Positions 24,151 to 38,478 are shown, counted from the stretch's first letter. The stretch is DNA of 64,000 nt from Paraspadella gotoi (GCA_051294375.1 CM119269.1:894272-958271), one strand, 5' to 3'. Numbers and translations are program-made. The notes: generated by a model from the sequence alone, not told the origin.

Positions 24151-24449
24151 CCAAATCAAAGATCGGAATTTCTGTGTGACTCAGATCCTTTTCCGTCATC
24201 AAACAAATGCGGGTCAAACCAGCAAATCGCGTCCCCGATTAAAGCAAACAACATCCGGGTTTCTCTCCTTAAAGTCAACAACATCCGGGTTTCTCTCCTT
24301 CCAAAACAAACAAAACGTCGACCGGAAAATAATTCGCGATTAAACATATAAACAAACGGAAATAGAAAAGAGAGAAACCTAGAACAAACAAAAAAAAAAA
24401 AAAAAGAATCTCGCTCTTTTTCGATTCCATCCCCGGCGCCGCCTTTGCG

Positions 24450-24746
24450 ATGTCGGCGTCGTTGGAAGAGAATTCGACGACGGAGACGGAACTGGCGCCG
24501 CTCTGGACGTCGCCCGGAACGCCGTGGGCCGCCGTCGTCTGCTTGGCGTTCCCCGTCGCCTTCAACGTCGTCGTTGTCGTCGCTTTCGTCGAATTGAAGA
24601 ACCGACGTCGATCGAGACGATTTCGCGGGATGGAAATTCACTTGAGTCTCCTCGCCATTTCCGACGTGGCGCTCGTCGGAGTCTACGCCCCCTTCATCGT
24701 TTTTAATGAGGTTGGCGCTGAGGAGAGAGAGAGAGAGGGGAGGGAG

Positions 24747-24790
<44 letters not shown>

Positions 24791-24966
24791 TAAGAGAGAG
24801 AGAGAGAGAGAAGAGAGAGAACGAAAAAAGAAAGAAAAGAAGAGAGAGAAGAAAGCGAAAGAAAGAGAGAGAGGGAGAGAAGAGAGAGAAGAGAGAAAAA
24901 GAAAGAAAGAAAGAAAGAAAAGAGAGAGAGTAGAGACGAGAGAGAGAGAGGAGAGTGAGAGAGAGC

Positions 24967-25015
<49 letters not shown>

Positions 25016-28000
25016 AAAGCGAAAAGAAAAGGAAAAGAGAGCAGAGAAGAGAGGTTCATTCTGGACAGTTGCGACAGATTCCATTTCCACTTCGACGCGA
25101 CGACGACGACGACGACGACGACGACCACGACCACGACGACGACGAAGTTATAGTCAGGGGAATAAGGGAATGAGATTTTTTTCTCTTCTTTTTTTCGAAT
25201 TGATTGAAGAGGTGAACGAGCAGAAGTCGTATAAGGTTGTCATAAGTTCGTAACTCCGCCTGTCACAATATGACACATGCCGAGAACGCTCTTTGATTAT
25301 CGCATAAATACATACATAATAAAAGTTGACTTGGTTTTGTTGACGTGATTAAGAAGTAATTCCAATTGTCTTTGCTTTCTCCCCTTAAAAACGAAACTGA
25401 CGCATCACTCGCGATGATAACATTAACCATTCATACTTTAACCATTAACCCACGTGACGCTCTTCGGTCTCAGCTGCACAACGGAGGTGGAAAGATCAGC
25501 GTCACTTCCTGGGCGATCATCAACTTTTTCTTGAGGTGACAGTAGACGCCTTTTTAGTTTCACATTAAAGTTTACGTTGATATCAAATATGTGTGGGGCG
25601 GTGATAGTTGAGAATGAAGAAAATGGAATGCGGATAAAGAAAGAGAGAGAATAAAAGAGAGAGGGAAAAAGAAAGAGAAAAAAAGAAAAGAAAGAAAATA
25701 AAAGGAGGCGAATTGAATGAGACAAGGTCGTTCAACTGGATTGTTGGCAATTTCACCGTCTCAAGTCTCTTTCCAACGGCCATTCAGAGAACGACGTCTC
25801 CACCACCATCGACTGCCACCCAACCCACCCTTTTTCTTCATCCTCAGATTCTTCACCAGCCTCAACCGCGTCCTCACCATCTTCATCGCCGCCTCGCGCT
25901 GCTGCGACGTCGCCGCCGCCCGCCGCGGCGCCGTGCGGCTGCGGCCGAGAACGTCGGCGGCGCACCTTCGTCGTGCCGCGGGGCTGGGCGTGGCCCCGGG
26001 AGTGGCGTTGGGGGCGTTCGGAGGTGGGTGGCGCGTCCACGACATCGTCGACGGCGTCGCCGAGGGCGGAGACAGGACGCCGCTGATTCTTTACTTCGTC
26101 GGTTACCTGGCCTTCGTGGGAGTCATGATCGGCGCCACTGGGTGAAGAGAAGAATGAATGGAACGAATGAATCAATTGGGTTAGGAAATGATTCAGTTCA
26201 CTTTTTAAAAAAATGAAGTATAATGGGATTGAGATAATCGAAACTACGTGGTACATATTCTTTCTGCGAGATAATATTAATAATAATAAATGTTAATAAA
26301 TTGATGAATAAATTTCAAAAAAATTTAAAACATTAATAAATGCACTGAATGATTTGAATACATAGCAAGAACGGTAATTCAAATATGTTTCGCTACAGTG
26401 ACTTTCTTAGCACGTGAAAATTTTCGGGTTATCACGTGACTACATAAGTATGAAATATATGGGTTGCAAACGTTATATGGTTGATCACTTAGTGCAAAGT
26501 TTTCACTAAAACAACAAAAGATTACAATATTTACAATATCACAAAAAGCATTTACCAATAAATCATCAGTCTGCTAAGTATTATCCTAAATGACTAATTA
26601 TTTCATGAATCAATTTGGTCATGTGATCCCTTTTTAAGAGATCGTGAGACTTCACAAGTATGATACAAATGGATAGTTGGATACATATGCACGTGAAAGA
26701 TCTTTGGTACCTTTTCTACAAATATGAAATAGACTCATTGATGCAGTATTACCCGACTTGCATATTGAAATGTTAAGCATTTAAAATGTAAGTGGATAGA
26801 CTAAAGGAAAGACCGACCGACCGCAACTAAAAAGGTGAGATTTGGGATCAACTTATCGGAGGAGATGAGACATTTTTTTTGGGGGGGGGAATTCGCTATC
26901 TTCGCGACCTTCGACCTTCTGGTGCCAGATCGACCGATTGCTTTGAGAACCTTAACCCTTTTCTACATTCTGACCCACTTTTATGAATTCATGCTGAACA
27001 AGAAAAAGATTCGAAACCGAATACGAGCTAACTGTAGTTATATAAGAGATAAATATAAAAAAAGAAGAAATATAAGAGACAGTTGTTTATAAAATGGCAA
27101 AAAAAAATGTATGATTTTTTCACGTCGTATTTGTTCAATTAAATAAGACGTGTTTTACATTGTAATTGTAAGATATTGTTTTATATTTTCTAGTTGATAT
27201 TGTATTATGTTTTAAATAGTTTTTCTGTGACTCTACAATTCACGTTATTTCCAATTATTTCACACTCAGTCTTTGTTTTCAGATACATAGTCGCCCGTGG
27301 TCGCACTGTGGAATCCTCGTCGTCCGAAGCGTCGCTTCATCGAATGGTCGTCGTCGTCGCCGTCATCTTTTGCGTCTCCAATCTGCCGGAAGTGGTGCTG
27401 CTCGCCTGCTCTGCCGCTGCGACGACAGCCAAGTTCTAGACTTTTATCACCGCAGCGGGGAGTCCTGGTGCAGCTTAGGTTCGACGCGTTTGTTTGTTTG
27501 TTTCATATTTTTTGGTTAACTTTTTACAAATTTTTTTTTCGTTTTTAATTATTTAAAATAATCATTATAACATAATATTTGCATTTCAAAAAAGTGATCT
27601 TTTTTATCATAGTTTTATTATTTATTGGTTTAGTAATTCGTAAATCTTTTACGACATGAAAACAATTTTAAATATTGTTTACTGTTATTATTTTATCATC
27701 ATTATTATTTTTTCTCTCTCTCCCTTCTTTTAAACGCATTTTGCAGACTTATGTATGTATGTATGTTTTTTTAAATTTTATTGAATCAACCTTGTTGCAT
27801 TCGAATAAAAACGCTTATTTTATCTTTTCTTTCATTCTCCTTCCCAAGTCACGCGGGAACAATTCTCAATTCCTCTCTCAACCTTTTCATCTACTGCTCC
27901 ATCGGCGCCGCCTTCAGAGACGCCGCCCTTGATGTCGTCCTCCGCTGCGTCGGGCTGCGGCGAAACGGACGGGCGGTGCCCTCGTTTCCCCTGAGCAGCA

Positions 28001-28101
28001 GCGGAGTCTCGACGGCCATCAGGGGCTCTAGTTGGGGCGCGGCTTCGCTTTTCAGAATCGGAAGTTGGCGACGTGAGACGAGGACCGAAAACGTGACGTG
28101 A
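24450..28101 (+). CDS. Divergent rhodopsin-class peptide GPCR (FMRFamide-receptor-like). Exons 24450-24710, 25474-25535, 25848-26141, 27283-27478, 27849-28101; one frameshift near 27400-27436
   Basis: TM1 AVVCLAFPVAFN; TM2 HLSLLAISD; TM3 LTIFIAASRC; TM6 RMVVVVAVIFCVSNLP; TM7/helix 8 ILNSSLNLFIYCSIGAAFR. Splice phases are consistent except for one extra base (or two missing) in exon 4. Confidence 0.8.
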
Positions 28102-28573
28102 CAGATTTGGATCTCAATGTGTAACACAATTCATCTCGACTCGGAAATATTTGCTGCATCGGGAGTTTGACTGTCGATTCGTGTTTTATTATACAAAAAT
28201 CTAATTTTTTTTTTATCCAACTGTTATCGTTTTTTAGAGTTGCTTTATAGCCATTATGGCCAAGTTGTCTTGCTATTTTGTTGAATTGACAACCTACCCA
28301 AAAACGTTGAAGTAGAGCGAGCGCTCTTCGAGTAAGCGACGAAAATCTACAACAAAACAAAAAGATAATGTTTCAAATTTGATTTCCCCCCCCTAAGTTT
28401 TTCTTAATTCTTAAAAAAATTTTAACTGATTTAATAAAAGTTAAAGCTCTTTAGTAGTTTAAATCCCATTTTTAGAAGGAAAATAAAAGTTATTGATAAC
28501 CAGAAATAAAATTAAATACAAAACGGAATTAATTTTTTTTACAGACGAAGTTAAACAGGCTCAAAAGTCAAAC

Positions 28574-31500
28574 ATGAATGTATGTCATACGTCTGAGAAC
28601 TAATTGGATAACTATCAGACAAGATAATTAAATCTTTAATTTTAATCAGTGACAGTGAAGCGAAAATTTAAAAGTCTTTATCGAATAGGTTTAAGTTCAA
28701 GAAGAATTAAATCGCGAAGTCAGTTAGTTTTTCTTTATCTTCAACTTCAAGATATTTTATTATCAAAAAATCAATTATATCTAAAGAAAAATAAAAATGT
28801 AATTATAAAAAATAAACTGAAAAAAGGAAAATTTAAAAGAATGGCTCACTATTTAAAAGTGCACAGTAGAAACTTCACAGAAGTAAGTATACTAAGTATA
28901 TTTGACTAGTGGAACACGGGAAAATATTTTCTCTAACGTTTTTTAATGACCGCGGGAATTATCTTCATTCAACCTTTAAAGCTCAATTTTAATTTAACTA
29001 TACATTATGCATATTTAAGTTTTATGTTTTAATGATGAGAAATTAATCTATAGGATTCCTCGGATGAAGAAAAGGAAGCCAAAACACCTGGAATCGTTAG
29101 AGAGGGTGAGACTGATTCCGGCAAATTCAATGTGACCCTCAATTTGTAGTCGGTTTTAAATCTTAGACAGTTTACGAAACTGCCGAACAGCTTACTACCA
29201 AAGATATCACGATCACTTTCACGGAAGTTCGGACTCCGAAGATGAGGTATTTGTTTGTTTTGAAATAAAAAAAATAAACAAAAAAATACGGATGGTTTCG
29301 GGCTTTATAGTGAAACGCATTCGGTTGGGAATCGTTTCATGCTTCGGATTTGTAACGAAAAATGCGAACCGGTTTCGGATCTTCCGTTTGGTAGGCTGAA
29401 CATCAAGTCAAAACTGACCCATGGTCACGCTGACTAAGAGTCTCGGGGATAATTTTTCGATAAATTGACTTCTTATTCTTTTCACGAAAAAAGTTTCATG
29501 AATCGTCTAAAACTCGACGCTATGGTGAGTTTTTCTCTCGACATCGGCAAAAACGAAAACTCAACGACAGTAAGAAAAATAAAATTAAGACAATTTTTTA
29601 ATGGCAGTATGTTGTATATATTTACTGAATAAAGAATGAACAGATAAATTAAAATAATCGGTCTCATATTCTCCTCGCTTAATTTATTTTCTTTTAGGAA
29701 GAAGAAAATAAACCGTTTAAGCTGACCCAAAAGGTACAGACTATGGGTCAATACTTGAAAAGAAAATTATCGGGAGTCAAAGGGCATAAAGGTTCTGGGG
29801 AATCCAGTCCTTTGTTGAATGAAGATACGATGGTAAGTTTAAATGATTAATTTTTTTTTCTGCATTCGAATTTAATAAAATGAAAATATGCTTTTTTTTG
29901 GGGGGGTTACGATTATAACGTTAAAATCGAAGATTTCTCTAGCCTATTAACATATACTCGGGGGATGAACTTTTTGCAATTGTTGAGCAATGTTAAAAAG
30001 CAAAAAATTATGAATAAGTCCCGACTTTCGAGGTGGCGACATACGAATCGCGGGAAAGTACGGAGCGGGAGAATTTGAAGGGACGGCGGATTGAATCAGG
30101 TGAATCCAACCAGGTCTCTTATTCTTCGAACGCGCCTTCGTCGGCCGCTGCGGAAGTCGTCTTCCAAGTCCGAGACGAAGGGTTCCAGTCGCAGTCAGTG
30201 AGCGTTCTCGACGGACCCAAGAAAGGTGAGTTGTTAATCTTTTTATACCGTACATTGTGCGAACAAATTATGAGAACTTATTTTTTTCAGATATGTTTAA
30301 AAATCAAGTTTGTTATTACAAGTTCTTTAATGTTTTATCTGGCATTACTTCACTTTCGCCGACTGTAACCTACCCACTATCTACCCAGTCGGTTATTTTT
30401 TTACTCGCGTATATCATTACCTTTTTTAGGTTAGGGATTATATGATAGTTATTGGCTAGGGGTTAGTAGTAGTTAAAGGTAGTTAAGGGTAGTTAAGGTT
30501 AAGTTTGGGGTGATGAGGATTAAGACTATTTAGTGGAGGTTAGGGTTAGGAGTGCTTATTGGTTAGGGTTATGGGTGGTTTTTGAAAACAAGTTTTTGTA
30601 TTCTTACCAGTGTTCTTCTTTTCTTTTTTCCGTAATGAAATTTATATTTATTGTTGCTTTTAAGAAGCAGAAAAAAATCGTTGACTGGAAAATCCTAAAC
30701 AGTCAATGTAAAATTTTGCCTTTTATCTCATAAGATTATTTTTCTCGCTGAATATTGCAGTTGATGAATTCGTAACAAAAGAACATTAATATAGTTTTAT
30801 AATCGAAGTTAAATTCGACTGAATAGAGAAAAAAACATAAAGATCGCGGGGATAAAAATAATTGTTTTATCTTCTCTTTCACGACCCCTTCGCGCCTCTC
30901 CACCTTCTCCACGACCCCCTTTGAACAGGCCGTCTCCTCCGCAACTTCTCCTCGCCCTCTCGGAGCCCCCTCCTTCGCGCGGGCAATTCCGTTCCTTCCC
31001 TTCTCCACCAGGCGGCAGCACCGGCCGAGGATGCCGGAGTCTCTGACGAAGAACCCGATCAGTTCTCGTCTTACTCGCTTCCCTCGCGGCGATCCTCCTA
31101 TCGCGCCGGGACGTCCGTGTCCGATTCCGGCGTTCTCGGCAATTCCAGCTTCTTTTCGCCGCTAGATCTCGTGGATCAGCACCACGGGACTTACTTTTAC
31201 GAGCGACAAGTCAGCTTCCTGCTCAAGAACAAGGTGGGTCGCCTGGGCGGAAGGCGGAAAGCGTCTCCGTCGGTTGAGGCGGCGGAGGCCCTGGGGGAAG
31301 GATCCTCCGGGGAAGAGACGTTTGGGCGAGGGGTCTCTGCGAATGCCGACGCATCCGTCGCAGACTCTCGACGTCCGCCCTTTCCCCATGCCCCCGGTCC
31401 GCAGGCGGTCTCGCCGGAGACGGAACGCGTCACCGAAGCCGCAATCCTCGACAACCGCGTCTTCGAGGACGAGGAGGAGGAGAAGCCGACGTCGCCGTCC

Positions 31501-31650
31501 AAAACGAGGCTGACGAAACGCAAGTACAGGCCTGTCGTTCGTAGCGGCGGATTCAGCCTCGGCGCCATCTTGCTATTCGCCTGCGCCATTTTGATCTCCG
31601 CCTCTGCCGGTCTCGTGATTCTCGTCTGGTGGCACGTTTTCGATTCGTGA
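28574..31650 (+). CDS. Uncharacterised ~395-aa low-complexity protein with one C-terminal TM helix. Exons 28574-28579, 29054-29105, 29167-29246, 29698-29832, 30033-30225, 30929-31650
   Basis: Six exons splice GT-AG in phase without stops (MNDSSDEEKEAK...GAILLFACAILISASAGLVILVWWHVFDS*). Confidence 0.7.
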
Positions 31651-32647
31651 CCATGTTGTGTTTATTCCGTATAAATAATTGAAAATACGTATTTTTGTTA
31701 CGTAGTACCGTAGTACCGTAGTACCTTGTCCCTTTGAGCGGGTCGAAGTTACAATTTATGACATTTAATGATAAAAGATGAAATATTTAATGTGATGTAC
31801 ACAACAAATTTTCTTTGTTATATTGTTTTGAGCAAACCCTTGCCGTTATCTAGCGAAATGACAGAGAGAGAGTGGGAGAGTGAAAGAGTGTGAGTGAGAG
31901 AAAAGACATATAATAATAATAATTATAATTGTAATCTGGTTTTGCGAAAAAAAAATTTAAAACGTTGATCCACTTTAGTTTTATTAATTGTCATCTGTGC
32001 ATGAGTTAATCAACAATGGTGAAGAAAGAAAGTTGTGGAAACAAGTTGCACAATGAAATTTAAAGCAGCTATACAAAATTCAAATAAGCATTGATTCCGT
32101 TAAAAACAACTTGAAACAACTTAGAAAATGTTTCAAAAATTTTTAACAAGCAGTTTTATAAAAGATGAGGTAGGTACAAACAACGTGAAAACAAGCCTTT
32201 GCCGAAGTGAAGAAAGAAAATAATAACTTTTAAATTATAAGACGAATGTCTTTAACAATAATAATACCTAGTTAATATTTTGATCCAGTCTGAACAGTTT
32301 TAAAACGATTATTAAAGCATACAATTTTTGCGATTTTCGTACCCAAAAATGTTGCTCTTAAGGCAGACGAATAGTTCAATGGTTTCATTGTTTTACCGGT
32401 GTAAGTGTGGACAATCAAGCTTCGCACTCAAATATGAGACAAAAACTGAACCATACTGGACTTTCTTTAATCAAGGCTCACTTTTTGGATATTTTTGACA
32501 TCCGTTTTTTTAAGGGATTGTCCCAATAATAATAATAATAATATTATATTATAATTTTGCTATTTGACACTACAGCGTGTGAAGTTTGGGCGAATTTAAA
32601 TATCGTTTGAATCCAATCGTGACTGAAAAATTGTCATAGTTATCACT

Positions 32648-35600
32648 TTACTTTAATGACATGCTCCACGAGCGAAGACTTCGGTCAGGTAGTCCAATTG
32701 TGTTTGCCAAATAAGGACTCGGAGGTGGAACAGCTAAGGATTTGACGTTGGACGCTTTGGGTGATTGATTCAGATAGCCGAGTGGAGTGTGGATGTTGGT
32801 TAAACCCTGCATTGGCGCTTTTAATTGAGTAGTGTGGACGATATTTCCGCTTGTATGAGACATTGATTGTCTCGATAATGAGTGACTTTCAGTAGCGTTG
32901 TGTGCTGCTTTAGGCTTAGAGGGTGGAGCTGAGTTCGGGGCCTTGGAGTGAAATGGGGTGGGGACACGACCTTTGGGGACATCCGCTTCAGTATGCGTTA
33001 GTCGGATAGATTTTGACGAATGGCCAGATGGTGAATAAAATTCTGGGAGAGAACTGTTGGAGGAAGTAACGTTATTCGTTGTAGTGATCGTTACTGTTGA
33101 GGATGTATGGGTGGACTTGTGTCTGGAACGATGATCTCTAACAGGCTTGGTCGAAATGTGAGATGATAAAGGTACTCCTACTTGCTTATGAGCTCTCGCA
33201 ACCATCGCTTGATGCTTGGCCTTGTTCAGTTCTGTTAACTGCCGACTCTGTTCTACTTGTTGCTTCAACAGAGCTCTTTCCAGCTTGATAAGCATGCTTT
33301 TGGGAACTTGTTCGTTTTGACTCTTTAGTTTCGCGCTTGAATTCTCAGAAATGGCGTTTGGGAGACTCTCTCTTCTCTTCATGTGGTTCTGATCGGTTAA
33401 TGAAATGTCTTTTACCGCGACTTCTTGAAGACAGTCTTCCGATTCTTTCAATGCTAAATAAGTCAGAATGTTGCTTTCATTTACAAATTGTGCTTTAGAT
33501 CTTTTACCACGCGGTCCAACATAATAAGTATTTTGTATATGATCAGGAATAAAAACTACAGAAGAAAAGGCTGAATCTAGACTTTTCCTGCTATTGTTCT
33601 TGAGCAGATTGGTTGACAAATCCTTGACAAAATTTTGATTCTGTTCCAATTTTTCCCCCAAAACGCTTCTTTCGCTGCATTCCTCCCTCTTGAGAGATCT
33701 GATCCCCAGAAAGGAGTCTTCACCGCGATAATCGTTCGGATCAAGTCCCGCTTCTCCCGTGGAGCACGGGCGCGACGCGGTCGGCGTTGGCAGAAATCCC
33801 TCCTTGCCGCTTACTCTAGAAATACTTTTACCATCGGACGTTTTGAAAAGACCAGCTGCCCAGCTCTGCGCTCTACGCCAACTGTCCATGCTTACACCGG
33901 ACAACTGCTGATTTGTCATTGAAATTCCGTCACTGATCGGACGGTGGGAGGCCAACGACGTTGTAACGAACGACTGGGGAGAATCTTCTCCCTCGGGTGG
34001 CTCCCGCTCAAACGGAATCCCATTCTTGTCCACAACCGATTCAGCATTGGAATAGGTTAATTTATTGTTAATGTTTGGATAGTTAAGAAATTGGTTTTGA
34101 TGAACGGGTTTTGTTGGCTCTGTCATAGACTTAGGGGTCGCACTACACGTTGCTTGATGCCCAGACTCTGGGTTCTCACAGCCAATCGGACTGACTCGTT
34201 GATTTGAGGCAGGCAGAGAAAAGGACCCGACGTCATCCTTTAGTTTTCTTGCTGGCGAAATAGACTGGGAATGCACCCCTTTCTTTTTCGGCCTTTCCTT
34301 ACTTTTGTGAGTGGTTGAAATCTCCGTGTTGCTTTCTTCAATACTTGTTCCAGATTCAGGACGAGAATATAACATAGTTGTGGGAGAGGTATAAACGGAA
34401 AGAGATGTTTTTGGCTTTGTATACAATTGTGGCGGTGATGATACATTTACTGCAGTTTCGTTTAAGGTTTGAATGTCACAAACAGAAGTTGTATTGCAAG
34501 AGTTTTCCATCTTGGTTGTTGATTTGTTTTCCGAGGAGCTAAGACTGTCTGAGGAAGAAGTTCCTTTTGAGGTGGAATTGGTCGTACCAGAGGTTGTAGG
34601 GTTTGAACTCTGGGATGCTTGACTCTGAGAAACGGCAGTATTGCCACTAGCTCCCCCTAAGAAGATACTAGCACTTTTATTTAATCTAGTATATGTGGTC
34701 AAAAGATCTTCTAGGTCACTCTCAGAGGCATTACTCAGAAAGATTTCAAATTGGTCATGAGGAATTTGGGATTTATTGCTCTGGACTCTTTTGTCAAGCA
34801 GAAGCTTCTTGTCCAACAAATCTGTTTCCCTGTTGTACAGATTAACAAAATCTCCGAGTTGTTTGGCTAAAATTCTTTTTCTATCAGTTAAAGGTAATTT
34901 GCGGCTAGGTATTACCACCCTAAAACCATTACCCTGATATGAAGAGTTTGTTTGTGAGTTGTTAGACGAAGAAGAATAAGGAGTAGAATTTATGGATGTT
35001 GAATTGGAAACGTGAAGGTTGCTTGCAGCACGTTTTAAAAATCTTAAAACTAGATCCATTTGTTCATTTGCAGTCAAATCCTCAGGCTCAGCAACTTCAC
35101 TCTTATCAGTAGTGGGCATCCTCTCCTGCAATAACCTTTGCTGGACCCTCTGCAAATACATAGAAAAAGCCTGCCGAGCTTGGATCTTATTTAGTGTCAT
35201 TCCGCTTTCTAACATGGATATGAGTTGTTCACATTTTAACAGTGGAGGGCTGTCTACAGTAACTCCTTGTACTGTACCAGTTGCTTGTAATCCTTTAGAA
35301 CCATTCAAAACTTTGTGTCTCGGTCTCTCACTGCTTGGTTTATCTGGACGGTACACGGGGCCACTGTAGGCAAAAATGTTAGCATCAAAAGAATCATGTT
35401 GCTCTAACCGACCACTTTGTTGCAATAGGTGCCGTGCACTTGGACAATTAACAGGTTTTGGCTCAATGACATGGCCCCCGTTGAAAGAGTTTTGTCGTTG
35501 AGCCAAAGAAGCTGATCGAAAGTGTAGCTGCTCAGAGGATGTGCCTCTGCATAAACTTCTGTCTGTTGTAATTGAAACTGATGATGACGAAGGCATTATC

Positions 35601-38406
35601 ATAGAGATAAAAGGTGCATTTCCTGTTGGAAGTGCTCTTTGACACACCACAGAGGTTGTCTGCTGCTGATAAGAGTCCTGAAGATTCGCATCTTTCATCA
35701 TGACATCTAAATCGTTTTTGCCGATGTTGTTGACTTGTCTACCTTCCTTTATACCTTCTTGCACATTATTGTATTTGTTATTGTAACAGGGAGATGGTTT
35801 TTTAGACTTCTCAGTCTCAGTACCTGGTTGCATCTGATCTGTGCAACAAGTGGTTTCACCTCCATTTTCTGATTTTTCTTCTTTCTGGTTGTTCGATTCT
35901 CCATTTCCGCTTTCTCTGCCATAAGAATCAACATCCAGAGTTTTCACGTTGGCTCCTTGCTGCATGTTCAGATGTGACTGGACACCGGGAGTAATGTCGT
36001 TGTTACTCAAAGGGCTGCCACTCGCAGAGGCGTTCTTGGCGTTTGAAGAGAGTTTGCGTTCATAAATCGCGGACCTTTCTAAGGCCGCCACAACACCATC
36101 ATCCAATCTCTCCGGAAGGTCTTCATTTTCGAGAATTGCCTTGACTTTGTACGCGCACAATGCATTAACGGATATGGTTTTTCGCACCACAATCTTGTGT
36201 CTTTCTGGATACAGCTTCTCGTGAAGGTGCAGATTGGTCGACGTTCGATAGTCCAAGAAATGAGAGTACAACTCCCAAGAGTCGGGTGATGGAAAAACTC
36301 GCACCCATCCTCCGCATCTAATATGCTCCTCCTTGATTCGACGGACAAGCTTAGCTTCTTCGTAACTTTGCAGAGCGGCGGATTGAAGACCGTGAGAAAC
36401 TTGAATGCCGCTGTTGCTGCGACCCACGCTCCCCATGCCGCCGTGGCCGACTCCGGAGCCGGCCGAAAGCGGCCTGGACCCCCTCGTCGACCCCGTCCCC
36501 GAGCCCGGCCGGCTCTTCTTCGCCCGCGAGGCGGCCTTGGCCGCGACGTCGTAGTTTCGCCGGTTCTGCTGCATCCTCCGTTGCATCGGATCCTGGGCCT
36601 GGAACCCGCAGAGATTCAACAAATCGCAGATCATGTGACTCTTCACCTTGTTATCGAGAGGAGCATCGCAAGCGAGGGAGGGAGAGAGGTTGACCTCCAA
36701 AAGCCAGGGTTTAAAAGTTTCGTCGATCAGAATGTCGAACCCATATATCTCAAAACAGTTGCCCGCGTGGGGAACGAACATTTTGCTCGCCGTGGCGATC
36801 GGCATCTCCGCCGCGACGATCGTTTTTATGATAATGTCTTCGATCTTCATCATCAACGTGGTGGTGTCGTAGCCTTGGGTGCGAAGGAAGCGGAGCAGGG
36901 CGCTCATGGTCCACTTGTTGCCGTAGTCCTCCACGTCGGGGTTGTTGCTCTTGACGTAGTCCATGCTCCGCTTGTTGATGCTGTAGTTGGTAAGGTGCAT
37001 GCAGTTGACGCGAATGTTCTTAATGTTCTTGTCGTACTTGACGGTTGCGAAACGCGCTAGGCCTTCTTCGTAAATGTAGACGACGAGCGGATCGTAGGAG
37101 GTGACCGCCACGTAGATTCGCAGGTCGAATTTGAACCCGTCGACGAGAAGTGGGTTGGAGACGTATCTGGAGGAAGCGTCGAGGAATTTTTAAAAACAAT
37201 TTACCTCAATTAATGAATTTAATTCTATAAGTAAAACAAAAATACTTTTAAAAAAATAAATAGGTAGATATCGTCACGATATAAAAAAAACAAACAACAA
37301 CATAACCAAAACAACAACGAAAGAAATCATGAGCACCTGGAGACAAGCAGCGGCTCGTCCAAAGGAATGTGTTCAGGATGAGTGACGAGGAAGATGCCCC
37401 TTCCACGCGATGACGCAATCGGCTTAACGATCCAAACACCTGACCAAGAGTTAGACATGAAGATTTGAGAAAGCAAAATCATCCAAACTCCTTTTCAGAA
37501 GATGCAACGCGGCAAATTTCATTTTAGAATTTTTTTTAATTCTAATCGCTGGCGAAAAATAACCTTTATTTTTGAGATAGGCAGAGCAAAAATCTTGAAA
37601 TTCGGACGGGAGAACGAAACTTTGTGGAATGAAATCGAAATGCTTGAACCCTTTGTTCTGTTGCATCCGCTGGATGTTCTGCGAAGGAACGGGAGAGCGT
37701 TTTCAAAACTTTTTCACTTTTTTAAGACCCGTTTTGAAATCCTTACCTGAACAAGGTGATCTTTGCGGGTGATTTCGTATGATCTAGGAAAATGGTTGAC
37801 CTTCTGAAAGTCCTGCAAGCCTCTGAGAGTGTAGGGTTTCAAGTGGCAACCTGAAGAGAAAAATGAAAATCTTTTACTCGGGAACTGATAGTACAAGAAA
37901 TATTAGAAAACTTAATTACGGAAATCCAACACAGTTGACGCATAAAATTCAGGGATCGATACAAAAAGCCTTCAAGCCCCTCCGTGCTCACCTGTCCACA
38001 AAAGATTGAAGTCGTTGCTGTTGGGATGCACCTCCTTGAAGCCGTGCGCGTGAAGGATCGTCCGCAAGAGGCGACATTCGGTGCGCACGAACTTGTAAGT
38101 GAGATGGAACTTCTCACCGACAGCCTTGGCCGTCAGGTTGGGCGGTGGCGCCCCTGGTCCGGAAGTCGCGGGCGACGGGCTCGTCGACGTTGACGCCGAC
38201 GTCAGCGTCGAGAGGCCGCTGTCTTTGTTGCGATCGGCTAGGTGCTCAACCTTTGAAGGGGGGGGAAAAGGTTTTTTTTTGGGGGGGGGTTTCTTTTCTT
38301 TTTTTTTGATATTTATTTGTTTTTTAATTGTTTTTTTTATTTTATTCATTGATTAAATAATTTATTTATTTATTTATTTATTAATTGATTGATTGATTGA
38401 TTTGTT

Positions 38407-38478
<72 letters not shown>

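Noticed and set aside
25069-25160. Poly-Asp GPCR exon requiring a non-canonical GG donor
   Set aside because: A canonical exon at 25474-25535 supplies the right phases and the start of TM3.
36323-37060. 245-aa plus-strand ORF
   Set aside because: Antisense shadow of the GC-rich ttll5 coding sequence.
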